Source: an uncultured Candidatus Saccharibacteria bacterium
GTDB taxonomy: Bacteria > Patescibacteriota > Minisyncoccia > Phycocordibacterales > UBA5272
Assembly: GCA_964464695.1 (NCBI GenBank)
Contig: CAYXKW010000006.1
Span: 2,489 to 66,488, forward strand
Length of the DNA: 64,000 nt
Direction of reading: 5' to 3'
Position 1 is the stretch's first letter. Each line of letters starts with the position of its first letter. The notes beneath the pieces were generated by a model, which made no database searches, was not told the DNA's origin, and was given only the letters and a program-made list of their open reading frames with translations. A program made the position numbers and the translations under genes. Shown here piece by piece: positions 39,315-48,433 of this stretch.

Positions 39315-41117
39315 ATGGAGATTAGAAATTTTTCAATCATTGCACATATTGACCATGGAAAGTCGACCCTCGCGGATCGACTTTTAGAAGTGACGTCCAC
39401 TGTAGATAAGCGTCACATGAAAGAGCAAGTTCTTGACTCGATGGAGCTTGAGCGTGAGCGTGGAATCACCATTAAAATGACACCTGTTCGAATGAACTGG
39501 AAAAGTAAGGATGGTAAAGAGTATATTCTTAATCTCATTGATACTCCAGGACACATTGACTTCTCCTACGAAGTATCGCGCGCGCTTCAAGCTGTGGAAG
39601 GGACGCTACTTCTTGTGGACTCAACACAAGGTATTCAAGCACAAACACTTACCACTCTTGAAATGGCAAGAAACTCTGGCCTTACGATTATTCCGGTTGT
39701 TACAAAAATTGACAGCCCACTTTCTCGAGTAGATGATGTTAAAGAAGAAATCATGGAATTACTTGGTTGTACATTTGAAAGTATTTTAGCGGTATCTGGA
39801 AAAACAGGTGAAGGTGTTAAGGACTTACTTGAAGAAATAATTACAAAAGTCCCAGCTCCAAAAAGTGAATTTATTGACGCATCTGGAAACCAGGCCCGTG
39901 CTCTTATCTTTGATTTCGAGTACAGCAATCACATGGGGGTTATTTTGTATGTTCGAGTACTTGATGGGAGTATCAAAGCAGGGGATACACTCCTTTTCTT
40001 ACAATCAAATCATAAATTTATCATCCGTGAAGTTGGAACATTTTCACCAGAAAAAAGAGAAACAAAAGTAGTCGGTGCAGGTGAGATTGGATATATCGTA
40101 ACTGGCATTAAAGAACCAGGTATCGCGCGTGTTGGAGATACGGTTACAACTGCATCTCGTCCACTTACTGCATTCCCTGGATATGCAGAGCCGGTGCCGA
40201 TTGTATTTGCGTCTATTTATCCAGAATCACAAGATGAATTCGATGATCTCCGTAGTTCACTTTCTAAGCTTAAGCTCTCAGACTCATCTCTTACATTTGA
40301 AGAAGAGTCGTCCGGTGCGCTTGGGAGAGGATTCCGTTGTGGGTTCCTCGGGATGCTTCACTTAGAAATTATTACTGAACGATTGAGACGTGAATTTGAT
40401 CAAGAACTTGTGGTAACGACACCATCAATTACGTATGAGGTGACACTTAAAAATGGGGAGGTAGAAATGGTGTACACGCCAATACATTTTCCTGATCACG
40501 GGCAGTACATATCTGTACGAGAACCATGGATTCTTTTGACCATAATTGCACCTCATGATTACGTGAGCCCACTTATGCAGCTTTTCCCTCCACATGAGGC
40601 TACCGTGTCAGATTTGGCCGATTGGGGGCACGATAGAGTGAGAATCAAACTCATGATGCCACTTCGCGAGCTTATGCGTAACTTTTTCAATGAAGTAAAG
40701 TCTGCATCGAGTGGGTATGCGTCTATTGTGTACGAACCGCTAGAGATGCGACCAGCAAATGTAACAAGACTTGATGTCTATGTCGCAGAAGAGCGAGTGG
40801 CTGCGTTTTCTCGTGTGATACCAGAATATCGTGACCGTGAAGAATCAGAAGAAGTGGTAGAAAAATTAGAAAGAATTCTTCCCTCTGAAATGTTCCGTGT
40901 GAAGATACAAGCATATGTTCACGGGCGAATAGTGGCGTCAAGATCAATTGCTCCGATGAAAAAAGATGTTACCGGGCATTTATATGGTGGAGATATTTCT
41001 CGTAAGATGAAACTACGAGATAAGCAGAAGAAAGGAAAAGATAGAATGCAGAGAGAAGGAAAGGTGAATATTTCGCATGATACGTTCCTTAGTATGATGA
41101 AGCCAGGGGATAAATAA
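39315..41117 (+). CDS. lepA: Elongation factor 4 (LepA)
   Basis: Start taken at MEIRNFSIIAHIDHGKSTLADR (the track's ORF begins 75 nt earlier); DTPGHIDF, TKID, and the LepA C-terminal domain. Confidence 0.9.
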   Translation: MEIRNFSIIAHIDHGKSTLADRLLEVTSTVDKRHMKEQVLDSMELERERGITIKMTPVRMNWKSKDGKEYILNLIDTPGHIDFSYEVSRALQAVEGTLLLVDSTQGIQAQTLTTLEMARNSGLTIIPVVTKIDSPLSRVDDVKEEIMELLGCTFESILAVSGKTGEGVKDLLEEIITKVPAPKSEFIDASGNQARALIFDFEYSNHMGVILYVRVLDGSIKAGDTLLFLQSNHKFIIREVGTFSPEKRETKVVGAGEIGYIVTGIKEPGIARVGDTVTTASRPLTAFPGYAEPVPIVFASIYPESQDEFDDLRSSLSKLKLSDSSLTFEEESSGALGRGFRCGFLGMLHLEIITERLRREFDQELVVTTPSITYEVTLKNGEVEMVYTPIHFPDHGQYISVREPWILLTIIAPHDYVSPLMQLFPPHEATVSDLADWGHDRVRIKLMMPLRELMRNFFNEVKSASSGYASIVYEPLEMRPANVTRLDVYVAEERVAAFSRVIPEYRDREESEEVVEKLERILPSEMFRVKIQAYVHGRIVASRSIAPMKKDVTGHLYGGDISRKMKLRDKQKKGKDRMQREGKVNISHDTFLSMMKPGDK

Positions 41118-41340
41118 AAAAATAACATCCAAAAAGATGTTATTTTTTGTTTTCGTAAAACAGAGGGTTACTGAAAGAGTGCTATGAGTGTAAACCCAAG
41201 CATACCAACCATAGCAAGTATTGAAACAACTGCGAAAATTCTGTGGACTGTTTTTTTGTTTTTAGGGTTAAACATAATATATTTTGGACCAAAGCCTTTA
41301 CAAGCTATATGGTATTATTAAGTACAATACTAGCAAAATT

Positions 41341-41730
41341 ATGCGAGAATATCAACAAAAACACATGGTAAGGACTCTTGTCTATTCAAGAGTGACTCTC
41401 GTCATACTTTTCCTCTTAATTGTACTCCTTCTGCGCTCCATCATGGAATTAAATGATAAGAGAGTTGAGGTAACAAAAATACGTAATGATTCAGTGAAAG
41501 AACGGGATGAGTTACAAAAGAAAGTTGATACTGCACAGGCTCAAACTGATTTAATTGGTACCCAAAGAGGCTTCGAAGCGTATATTCGTACAACGTACCC
41601 AGTTGTTAAAAAAGGCGAAGGGGTGATAGTGATTTATGATGATGATAAAGTTCCGGTAAGTACTGTTCGAGAGGATATGACTGTTTGGGAGCATTTAAAT
41701 GTATGGTGGAAAAACTTTTTCGATTTTTAA
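41341..41730 (+). CDS. FtsB/DivIC-like septum-formation initiator (TM plus coiled coil)
   Basis: TM (VTLVILFLLIVLLL), a coiled-coil stretch, and C-terminal GFEAYIRTTYPVVKKGEGVIVI resembling the DivIC/FtsB C-terminus. Confidence 0.4.
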   Translation: MREYQQKHMVRTLVYSRVTLVILFLLIVLLLRSIMELNDKRVEVTKIRNDSVKERDELQKKVDTAQAQTDLIGTQRGFEAYIRTTYPVVKKGEGVIVIYDDDKVPVSTVREDMTVWEHLNVWWKNFFDF

Positions 41731-41745
41731 GCGTAAAAATCGCGT

Positions 41746-41800
41746 CCGAATTGGAGTTTTTTGCAAACGAAGTGATCTATACAAAAAAGCTCCAATTCGG
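41746..41800. repeat. 11-bp perfect inverted repeat CCGAATTGGAG/CTCCAATTCGG, extended by T6/A6, with a ~21-nt loop
   Basis: Read directly from the sequence, 15 nt after the stop of the DivIC-like gene. Confidence 0.5.
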
Positions 41801-41901
41801 TTCGCTGTGTCTCATCTAGAGATATAAGAACACAGCAACTTTCGACGTAACTAGATTAGTAAATTTTCTTTTTTTTACATATTTCTGTATACTAAAACTA
41901 T

Positions 41902-42183
41902 ATGGATACAGATACACAAAATACAATAGAAGAAACATCTACACAAAAAAAGGTAGAAATTTATAGCACACCATCATGTCATTTTTGTCATATGGCAAAG
42001 GAATGGTTAACAGAAAAGAATGTTCCATTCGTGGATTATAATGTAGGAGAGGATATGGCAAGACGTAAGGAGATGGTAGAAATTACAGGTCAAATGGGGG
42101 TGCCAGTTATTAAGATTGGAGAGGAAGTTATGGTTGGGTTCAACCAGGAACAGATGGCGAAGATATTGGAGATTGCAGATTAG
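41902..42183 (+). CDS. Glutaredoxin-like protein (NrdH/YruB-type)
   Basis: VEIYSTPSCHFCHMAKEWL (CxxC) and the ...GVPVIKIGEEVMVGFN glutaredoxin fold signature. Terminator at 42217-42240. Confidence 0.7.
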   Translation: MDTDTQNTIEETSTQKKVEIYSTPSCHFCHMAKEWLTEKNVPFVDYNVGEDMARRKEMVEITGQMGVPVIKIGEEVMVGFNQEQMAKILEIAD

Positions 42184-42243
42184 GTTTATAGAAAGACAAT
42201 AAACAAAAAGCGACACTGAGGTGTCGCTTTTGTTGTTTGGGGG

Positions 42244-42345
42244 CTACACGCGGGAATCTGTCACAAATCTGCCTCGCGTTGCTCGAAGCAGATTCGCGAC
42301 CCCGTATTCGATTCCCTGTAAGTAACGCAGATCACTTAGTTTCTG
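42244..42345. repeat. GC-rich imperfect palindromic element downstream of tRNA-Arg that carries a tRNA T-arm-like segment (GCGGGAATC) and the GTCACAAATCTGC motif shared with the element at 63575..63840
   Basis: CGCGGGAATCTGTCACAAATCTGC...GCAGATTCGCGACCCCGTATTCGATTCCCTG; arms pair as GGGAATC/GATTCCC and AATCTGC/GCAGATT. Confidence 0.4.
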
Positions 42346-42402
42346 TTGGCATTGTAAAGTTAAAGACACTGACTGGTTACAGTCAGTGTCTTTAACTTTA
42401 TG

Positions 42403-42474
42403 TGCCCTCGGCGGGAATCGAACCTACAATAACTCCTTAGGACGGAGCAGTTATATCCATTTAACTACGAGGGC
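42403..42474 (-). tRNA. tRNA-Arg (anticodon CCT)
   Basis: Minus strand: acceptor GCCCTCG/CGAGGGC, D-arm GTTA-AATGGATA-TAAC, anticodon stem GCTCC/GGAGT with loop GTCCTAA, T-arm GTAGG-TTCGATT-CCCGC (one A-C mismatch). Confidence 0.7.
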
Positions 42475-42537
42475 TGTATTGTCGATTCTACCATATTGTT
42501 CATTTGGTGACATTATGAAATAAGATATACTTACTAC

Positions 42538-42846
42538 ATGATTGATAAAATGACAAATGAAGAAAAATTAGATCACCTGCTTCGGCTAACTGACGAAAAT
42601 AATCGAATTCTCAGAAGTATGAACCGAAGGCAGATTTTAAGTTCTATTTTTCGATTGATATATTTAGCATTAATCATCGCTTCAGTTTTTGGTGCTTATT
42701 ACTTTATTAAGCCACTCATGGCTTCTTTTACGGGGGTATCGGGTAACTCTGGAAGTAGTAGTTTTATGCAACAATTAGAAGCATTAAAATCCCAATTACC
42801 AGATACTAATATCCTTCAAGAAGCACTTAATACACCAAAAGAATAA
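42538..42846 (+). CDS. Hypothetical membrane-anchored protein (102 aa)
   Basis: One TM (IFRLIYLALIIASVFGAYYF). No motif. Confidence 0.3.
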   Translation: MIDKMTNEEKLDHLLRLTDENNRILRSMNRRQILSSIFRLIYLALIIASVFGAYYFIKPLMASFTGVSGNSGSSSFMQQLEALKSQLPDTNILQEALNTPKE

Positions 42847-42947
42847 GGGGTCAAAAGTGATAGGTGCTGTCTTTTATTTACAGGTATAATATGATAGGAT
42901 AGAGAGACTAGTTTTTAGAAATTAGTTGCTGTAGATAGATGTAATAT

Positions 42948-43020
42948 GCTGGGATAGCTCAGTTGGTAGAGCATTTGCCTGAAGAGCAAAGGGTCCCCAG
43001 TTCGAGCCTGGGTCCCAGCA
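42948..43020 (+). tRNA. tRNA-Phe (anticodon GAA)
   Basis: Acceptor GCTGGGA/TCCCAGC, D-arm GCTCAGTTGGTAGAGC, anticodon stem TTTGC/GCAAA with loop CTGAAGA, T-arm CCCAGTTCGAGCCTGGG. Confidence 0.9.
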
Positions 43021-43062
43021 CAGAATATAAAAAACCACGAACAGGTCATGGTTTAGTTTATT

Positions 43063-43323
43063 TCATTTGCTATACAGAGTTGTTTTGCCGTGTTTGTTCG
43101 TAGATATCTCACCAATGTATCCAGAATTGTCTCGTAACATTTCTAGAAGAGAGCGAACTGCATTTTTTAAGGTGAGGATAGTTTTCCCATGTCCATGAAT
43201 TCTTGGTTGATGAGGGTGATGAACAAAAATACTAAATGCACCATGTATATCGACAGAAGGGAATTTTGAACAAATATCACACACCGTTTCCCGTATTTCA
43301 TTTTCAGATATAATGATTGACAC
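43063..43323 (-). CDS. Small protein with Smr-like signature residues (DIHG ... HGHGK)
   Basis: VDIHG and RIHGHGKTILTLKNAV resemble the DLHG / HGxGxxxL(K/R) motifs of Smr domains (compare SmrB VMHGHGKHILK), but the spacing is atypically short. Confidence 0.3.
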   Translation of the reverse strand: MSIIISENEIRETVCDICSKFPSVDIHGAFSIFVHHPHQPRIHGHGKTILTLKNAVRSLLEMLRDNSGYIGEISTNKHGKTTLYSK

Positions 43324-43432
43324 AGTTGTTCTCCTTAAAGGTTATTAGTTTCAGAGAGCTCCGTGTAGTAGTCTACTCTCACTTTGTGATATGTAAAGAT
43401 GCTGCCTGTGAATTGGTATACTTATAAGATAG

Positions 43433-44398
43433 ATGAAAATAAGAAAATCTACAGTAGTTCTTGTTGCTCTAGCGATGGTATTGCCAGAACTTGCAACGGG
43501 GAGTACACCGCTGCACACTTTTTTTAATCCTGTAGTTTTTCTTATTCTATTTTTAGGATATGGGGTAATGGTTTTACTCATTCGAGAATTCGTTGTGCGA
43601 AATAATCTTAATCTATTTGGATTGTTTATTATAGGGTTAAGTTATACGGTTGTAAATGAGGGATTATTTGCAAAAACACTTATTCATGAAACTGGTTTAC
43701 CAATTGGTTTTTATGATAGTTATGGATATCTGTTTGGGATAAGTTTTCCATTTTTCATTGTTATTGCACTTTTCCATTCATTGTACTCAGTCCTCTTCCC
43801 AATTTTAGTGACTCATTATTTCTTCAAAGAAGGAAGCGCTGTTCCTTGGTTAGGTAAAAAACTTTCTTATTTTCTACTTGTGCTGCCGATTACCGTTGGA
43901 ATTTTAAATTTCTTTGGATCTAATAAAGGAGAAGGAACTTTTGGTCAGTTTTTTGTACTCGCCATACTTTCGCTTATGATAATAGCCGCTGGGTATTATT
44001 TTGGTAAAAAAACATACATTGAAGGTCTTAGAGAAAAAGTCACAATGAAATTTTTCTGGTTAGGCATGAGTACTTTTTTGTTCTCAATGGTACTTCTTAC
44101 GTTCGTAATGGCCGGACTTAAATTACCTGTCATATTATTTTTAATTGTAGCCTTAGGTGGAGTAATCTTCTACATTACAAAACTCAGAACACAGCAAGCA
44201 ATACAAAAGGTAATACTTATTCTTTTCCTTGTTGGGTGCTATATACAAACGACGATAACTACATTCCTTATTGTATTCTTCACTAATCCCGCACTTCTCG
44301 TCGAGTCTTTAGGGTCTTCTCTTATTATTTTTTCAGGCGCATATTTCTTAGTAAAGAAAATTAGAAAAGATATAAGATTAAGTGGGTCAACTAATTGA
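43433..44398 (+). CDS. Polytopic membrane protein (about 9 TM), unknown function
   Basis: Hydrophobicity only. Bidirectional terminator at 44403-44430. Confidence 0.4.
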   Translation: MKIRKSTVVLVALAMVLPELATGSTPLHTFFNPVVFLILFLGYGVMVLLIREFVVRNNLNLFGLFIIGLSYTVVNEGLFAKTLIHETGLPIGFYDSYGYLFGISFPFFIVIALFHSLYSVLFPILVTHYFFKEGSAVPWLGKKLSYFLLVLPITVGILNFFGSNKGEGTFGQFFVLAILSLMIIAAGYYFGKKTYIEGLREKVTMKFFWLGMSTFLFSMVLLTFVMAGLKLPVILFLIVALGGVIFYITKLRTQQAIQKVILILFLVGCYIQTTITTFLIVFFTNPALLVESLGSSLIIFSGAYFLVKKIRKDIRLSGSTN

Positions 44399-44438
44399 AA
44401 ACAAAAAAAACGACTTCTGGTCGTTTTTTTGTTTGTAT

Positions 44439-44990
44439 TTAAATAGACTTTACTTTCAATTTTGTCTGTCGCGCCTTATCTACTTTTGGAAGACGGATAA
44501 TGAGTAGTCCATGCTTTTCCACCGCTTCTGCCTCTTCTATCTCAACTTCGTGAGGAAGGAGGATGGTTCTGGTAAACGTACCCCAGTAGAGTTCCTTGTA
44601 GAAGTAATCGTCGTGGTTTACTTGAGTATTACCATCTCGGCGTCCTTTGATGGTTACCATATCACGAGTAATGGAGAGGTGGAGATCTTCAGGCTTTACA
44701 CCAGCAACCATGGCTTCTATGATTATTTCAGCATTTGTTTGGTACACATCAACAGAAAGTTCACCTTCTTCCATTTCGGGTTCTTCTTGTTCTTCTTCTA
44801 CGACATGGTGCTTAGGGCGTGCAACTTGTGATGCAAGCGGAGATTGCTTGCTACCTACATGCTTAATAGGAAGTTCCTCCTCAGGTTCATCGTGAGATAT
44901 CTCAGGTGTGTAGTCTATCTGGTCATCTTCATCTTCAACACTAATAGAGCCAGCGAGGCGCTCGAAAAATGATTTTTTTTCTTTAAGCAT
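44439..44990 (-). CDS. Hsp20/alpha-crystallin small heat-shock protein with an acidic N-terminal extension
   Basis: ACD core LSVDVYQTNAEIIIEAMVAGVKPEDLHLSITRDMVTIKG...EVEIEEAEAVEKHGLLIIRLPK. Confidence 0.8.
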   Translation of the reverse strand: MLKEKKSFFERLAGSISVEDEDDQIDYTPEISHDEPEEELPIKHVGSKQSPLASQVARPKHHVVEEEQEEPEMEEGELSVDVYQTNAEIIIEAMVAGVKPEDLHLSITRDMVTIKGRRDGNTQVNHDDYFYKELYWGTFTRTILLPHEVEIEEAEAVEKHGLLIIRLPKVDKARQTKLKVKSI

Positions 44991-45090
44991 AAATAATAAA
45001 ACGAATTGTTAGTTGTGTATGCGTACAGTATACATCTCTTTATATCTAAGTATGTCAATAGTTATACACAGTCGATACAATGAGCAACTT

Positions 45091-45157
45091 CTTAGAAACT
45101 TTTTTAAAAATAATACGACACAAGGTGTGTCGTATTATTTTTAAAAAAGTTTCTAAG
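45091..45157. terminator. Perfect 32-bp inverted repeat (67-nt hairpin, 3-nt loop) between valS and hsp20; a probable bidirectional terminator
   Basis: CTTAGAAACTTTTTTAAAAATAATACGACACA-AGG-TGTGTCGTATTATTTTTAAAAAAGTTTCTAAG; the reverse complement of the left arm equals the right arm exactly. Confidence 0.6.
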
Positions 45158-45176
45158 TACGTGCAAGGAGTAATTC

Positions 45177-47330
45177 TTACCAATGAGTTATCATGAGAAG
45201 CTCATCGTCATCTTTTCGTACGTACTTCCATAGCTCTTCTGTGATAAAAGGCATAAATGGGTGAAGTGTGATGAGTTGTTCACGCAAAAGTGTTATAAGG
45301 AGTAACTGAGCACTGTCTTTGTCATTGTTTTCTAAGATTCTTACTTTTCTCGTTTCAATTATCTCGTCACAGAATGTTTTCCAGAAATAATCATACATTT
45401 TTTCTGATGCAAGGTGAAGTCGATAGTTTTCAAGGTCACTCGTAATATCTTTATGAGCTTCTCGCCACGCGTCATATACGGCTTTATCTTCATCAGTAAA
45501 TGATGTGATAGGGGAATTACTGAAATCAGCTGTTCTTTCTAATACGAATCGCGCTGCATTCCATATTTTATTGGCAAACATCTTGTATGCCTTTACCTTA
45601 TCCTCACTTAGTTTTAGGTCATTCCCTGGGCCATTTGCAACCATAAGTGACATACGAAGTGCGTCTGTTCCGTATTTAGAAGAAAGATCTCGTGGATCAA
45701 GAACATTTCCAATTGATTTACTCATTTTTTTACCTTGAGCATCACGAACAAGACCATGTAAGTACACATGCTTAAACGGCACTTCGTTTAATGCATATGT
45801 TGAGAACAAGACCATACGCGCAACCCAAAAGAAAAGAATATCGTGACCAGTCTCAAGTAGGTCTGTTGTGTGGAATGTTTTTAAGTCCAAGGTTTCTTGT
45901 GGCCACCCAAGTGTAGAAAATGTCCACATACCAGAAGAGAACCATGTGTCTAAGGTGTCCTCATCTTGTACCCATCCATCTCCAACAGGTGCTTCTACTC
46001 CAACATAGATTTCTTCTCCTTTGTACCAAACAGGGATTCGGTGTCCGTACCAAATCTGTCGTGATATACACCAGTCGCGAAGATTTTCTATCCAGTGGAA
46101 GTAGACCTTCTCGAAACGCTCAGGTAATACGACCGTTTTCTTACTTTCAACTGCTTCCCTCATCAGATTTTTAAGAGTTGTTTCTTTTCCAAAATGTGTA
46201 AATGGTTTATTGACTGCAACGAACCATTGTTTCATAATTTGCGGTTCAATAATTCCTCCTGTTCGCTCTGCTGTTGAAATATTGTGAGTATAGTCTTCTA
46301 CTTTCTCAACAAGACCTTTTGATTCTAATTTTGCAACAATTTTTTCACGAACATCTTTTATTTTTAGTCCTTTGAACTCTTCTCCGCACACAGGAAGGAG
46401 TTTTCCGTATTTATCAATTATTTGTTCGTAGTCTAGTTTATACTTCTGAGCAATTTCAAAGTCCACAACAGAATGCCATGGGGTAATCGTCATAACACCG
46501 CTTCCAAATGTTGGGTCAGCAGATTCATCCTTGATAATAGTTGCTTCAATAGGGCCATTGATCCACTCAACGGTTAGTTTTTGTCCATGAGTGTATTCTT
46601 TGTAGCGCTCATCATCAGGATGCATGACCACATACTTGTCACCAAACTTTGTTTCAGGACGTGCAGTACCTATGGTGAATGGTCCATACTTAAAGTAATA
46701 GAATTTTGTTTTTTCTTCAACGTAGACGAGTTCATCATCAGAAATAGTTGTTTGGCCTTTTGGGTCCCAGTTTACAATTCTGTGTCCTTGATAAATAAGA
46801 CCATCTTCGTACATTTTTTTGAACATGGTCTTTACAGCTAGGTTTCGAGTGTCATCAATTGTAAAAGCAAGCCGAGACCAATCTAGTGATGCACCCATTG
46901 AGCGGAATTGTGAGAGGATTGTATCTTGAGAAGCAAGAGCAAACTCATTGATACGACGGAGAGTCTCTTCACGCCCTAAATCATGACGAGATTTACCTTC
47001 TTCTTTCATTATTTTTTTCTCAACAACTGACTGAGTGGCAATAGCCGCGTGATCTGTTCCTGGTAACCATAATGTCTTATATCCTTGCATTCGCTTGTAA
47101 CGAATGAGTGTATCTTGAATAGCAAGCATGATTGCATGTCCTGCATGAAGTGTTCCGGTAACGTTCGGAGGAGGTAATATAATAGTATATGCGTCTTTTC
47201 TTCCGCCCGGTAGATTATCCGGGTTGAAATATCCACTTTCTTCCCAGATAGTATAAAGTGACTTTTCAACCTTTTCAGCATCGAACGGCTTCATGAGTTC
47301 TGATAAATCTTTGTTGGCATCTTGTTTCAT
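45177..47330 (-). CDS. valS: Valine--tRNA ligase, compact form (717 aa, no C-terminal coiled coil)
   Basis: PPPNVTGTLHAGHA (HIGH), LWLPGTDHAAIATQ, KMSKSIGNV (KMSKS); the ValRS-specific PGxDHAGIATQ motif is present. Confidence 0.8.
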   Translation of the reverse strand: MKQDANKDLSELMKPFDAEKVEKSLYTIWEESGYFNPDNLPGGRKDAYTIILPPPNVTGTLHAGHAIMLAIQDTLIRYKRMQGYKTLWLPGTDHAAIATQSVVEKKIMKEEGKSRHDLGREETLRRINEFALASQDTILSQFRSMGASLDWSRLAFTIDDTRNLAVKTMFKKMYEDGLIYQGHRIVNWDPKGQTTISDDELVYVEEKTKFYYFKYGPFTIGTARPETKFGDKYVVMHPDDERYKEYTHGQKLTVEWINGPIEATIIKDESADPTFGSGVMTITPWHSVVDFEIAQKYKLDYEQIIDKYGKLLPVCGEEFKGLKIKDVREKIVAKLESKGLVEKVEDYTHNISTAERTGGIIEPQIMKQWFVAVNKPFTHFGKETTLKNLMREAVESKKTVVLPERFEKVYFHWIENLRDWCISRQIWYGHRIPVWYKGEEIYVGVEAPVGDGWVQDEDTLDTWFSSGMWTFSTLGWPQETLDLKTFHTTDLLETGHDILFFWVARMVLFSTYALNEVPFKHVYLHGLVRDAQGKKMSKSIGNVLDPRDLSSKYGTDALRMSLMVANGPGNDLKLSEDKVKAYKMFANKIWNAARFVLERTADFSNSPITSFTDEDKAVYDAWREAHKDITSDLENYRLHLASEKMYDYFWKTFCDEIIETRKVRILENNDKDSAQLLLITLLREQLITLHPFMPFITEELWKYVRKDDDELLMITHW

Positions 47331-47440
47331 ATATAGTATCTATCCTATCATATAGGAATTACAAAGTGTATGAGAATTACAATTGTTTATTCCTGTATTC
47401 ATTGCCTCTTGATATCTATATATAGTATGCTTCCTCTATC

Positions 47441-48028
47441 ATGAAGAAAAACATTAAGAATAAGCAGTCTGTTATTTTACAGAAAGGTGGGAAAATAAAT
47501 AGAGAGGCGGTTAAAAAAATTAGTAAAGCAGTTGCAAAGCATTCCGCAAAAAAGATTTTTATGAAAGTTGGAGGAAAGGAGATAGAAGTTAAACTTCCAG
47601 ATCATCATTTCAAGCAAGTGAAAGTAAAGCGTGGATTAGACGGTCTTGGGCTTTTTGCAGGTGAAGACATTAAGAAAGGGGAAATGATTATAGAATACAT
47701 TGGGAATATTTTAAATAAAGAAGAAGCTGCAAAGATTGCAACGAATCAATATTTATTTGAGGTAAACAAAAACAAAACAATCGACGGAACCGTAAGATGG
47801 AATATTGCGCGATACTGCAATCATGCATGTGAAGAAGCGGGGAACGCCGAAAGTGAAGTTAAAAAAGGAAGAGTCTTTATTAAAGCTATTAAGAATATTA
47901 AAGAAGGGGAAGAAATTGTGTATGATTACGGAGAAGAATTTGTTAATGAGTACATAGCAGATAAAGGTTGCAGGTGTCTTGCGAAAGAACATAGTTACAA
48001 AGCAAAGAAGACAGCTGTTGGTAATTAG
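47441..48028 (+). CDS. SET-domain protein (putative protein-lysine methyltransferase) with a Lys-rich N-terminal region
   Basis: GLGLFAGEDIKKGEMIIEYIG (GxG / N-SET), RYCNHACEEAGNAE (NHSC-like), EEIVYDYGEEF (ELxFDY-like), and a post-SET Cys pair CRCLAKEH. The N-terminal 45 aa are K-rich. Terminator at 48072-48099. Confidence 0.75.
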   Translation: MKKNIKNKQSVILQKGGKINREAVKKISKAVAKHSAKKIFMKVGGKEIEVKLPDHHFKQVKVKRGLDGLGLFAGEDIKKGEMIIEYIGNILNKEEAAKIATNQYLFEVNKNKTIDGTVRWNIARYCNHACEEAGNAESEVKKGRVFIKAIKNIKEGEEIVYDYGEEFVNEYIADKGCRCLAKEHSYKAKKTAVGN

Positions 48029-48189
48029 CTATTAGCTTGTAGCTAATACGAATTCAAATATAAATGAACATAAAAGCGGCCACGAAGTGGCCGCTTTTGT
48101 ATTAAAGCCAACAGCTAAAGGCTAACAGCTAACAGCTATTTATGCGAATACTTCGCATTTGCATAAATATAAAAAACAAAAAACAAAAG

Positions 48190-48198
48190 TTATCCACA
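48190..48198 (+). promoter_or_regulatory. Consensus DnaA box TTATCCACA
   Basis: Exact 9-mer match. Confidence 0.4.
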
Positions 48199-48303
48199 TA
48201 TTTTTGAGTAAACACTATTGTATGTAGTTATGTAAGTGAGATACTTGTATGTAAGAGAGTAATGGTCGTGGTCGCGATCAACATATTACAAGCACTCTCG
48301 GAT

Positions 48304-48312
48304 TTGTATAAT
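48304..48312 (+). promoter_or_regulatory. Extended -10 element TGTATAAT about 14 nt upstream of the H1-like ORF start (leaderless or near-leaderless mRNA)
   Basis: A TGnTATAAT match. No SD between it and ATG 48326. Confidence 0.4.
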
Positions 48313-48325
48313 AAAAATAAATTTT

Positions 48326-48433
48326 ATGGCAGCAAAAAAGAAGGCAGCTAAGAAAGCGGTAAAGAAAGTTGCAAAGAAGGCAGTGAAGAAAGTTGCTAAG
48401 AAGGCAGCTAAGAAGACTGCAAAGCGTGCGTAA
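48326..48433 (+). CDS. 35-aa Lys/Ala-rich histone H1/Hc1-like basic protein (MAAKKKAAKKAVKKVAKKAVKKVAKKAAKKTAKRA), absent from the ORF track
   Basis: Hand-translated ATG..TAA ORF of AKK repeats, like bacterial H1-like nucleoid proteins. Flanked by the extended -10 promoter and a hairpin terminator GAAGCATCA-CTCCCA-TGATGCTTC-T4 (48467-48495). Confidence 0.55.
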   Translation: MAAKKKAAKKAVKKVAKKAVKKVAKKAAKKTAKRA

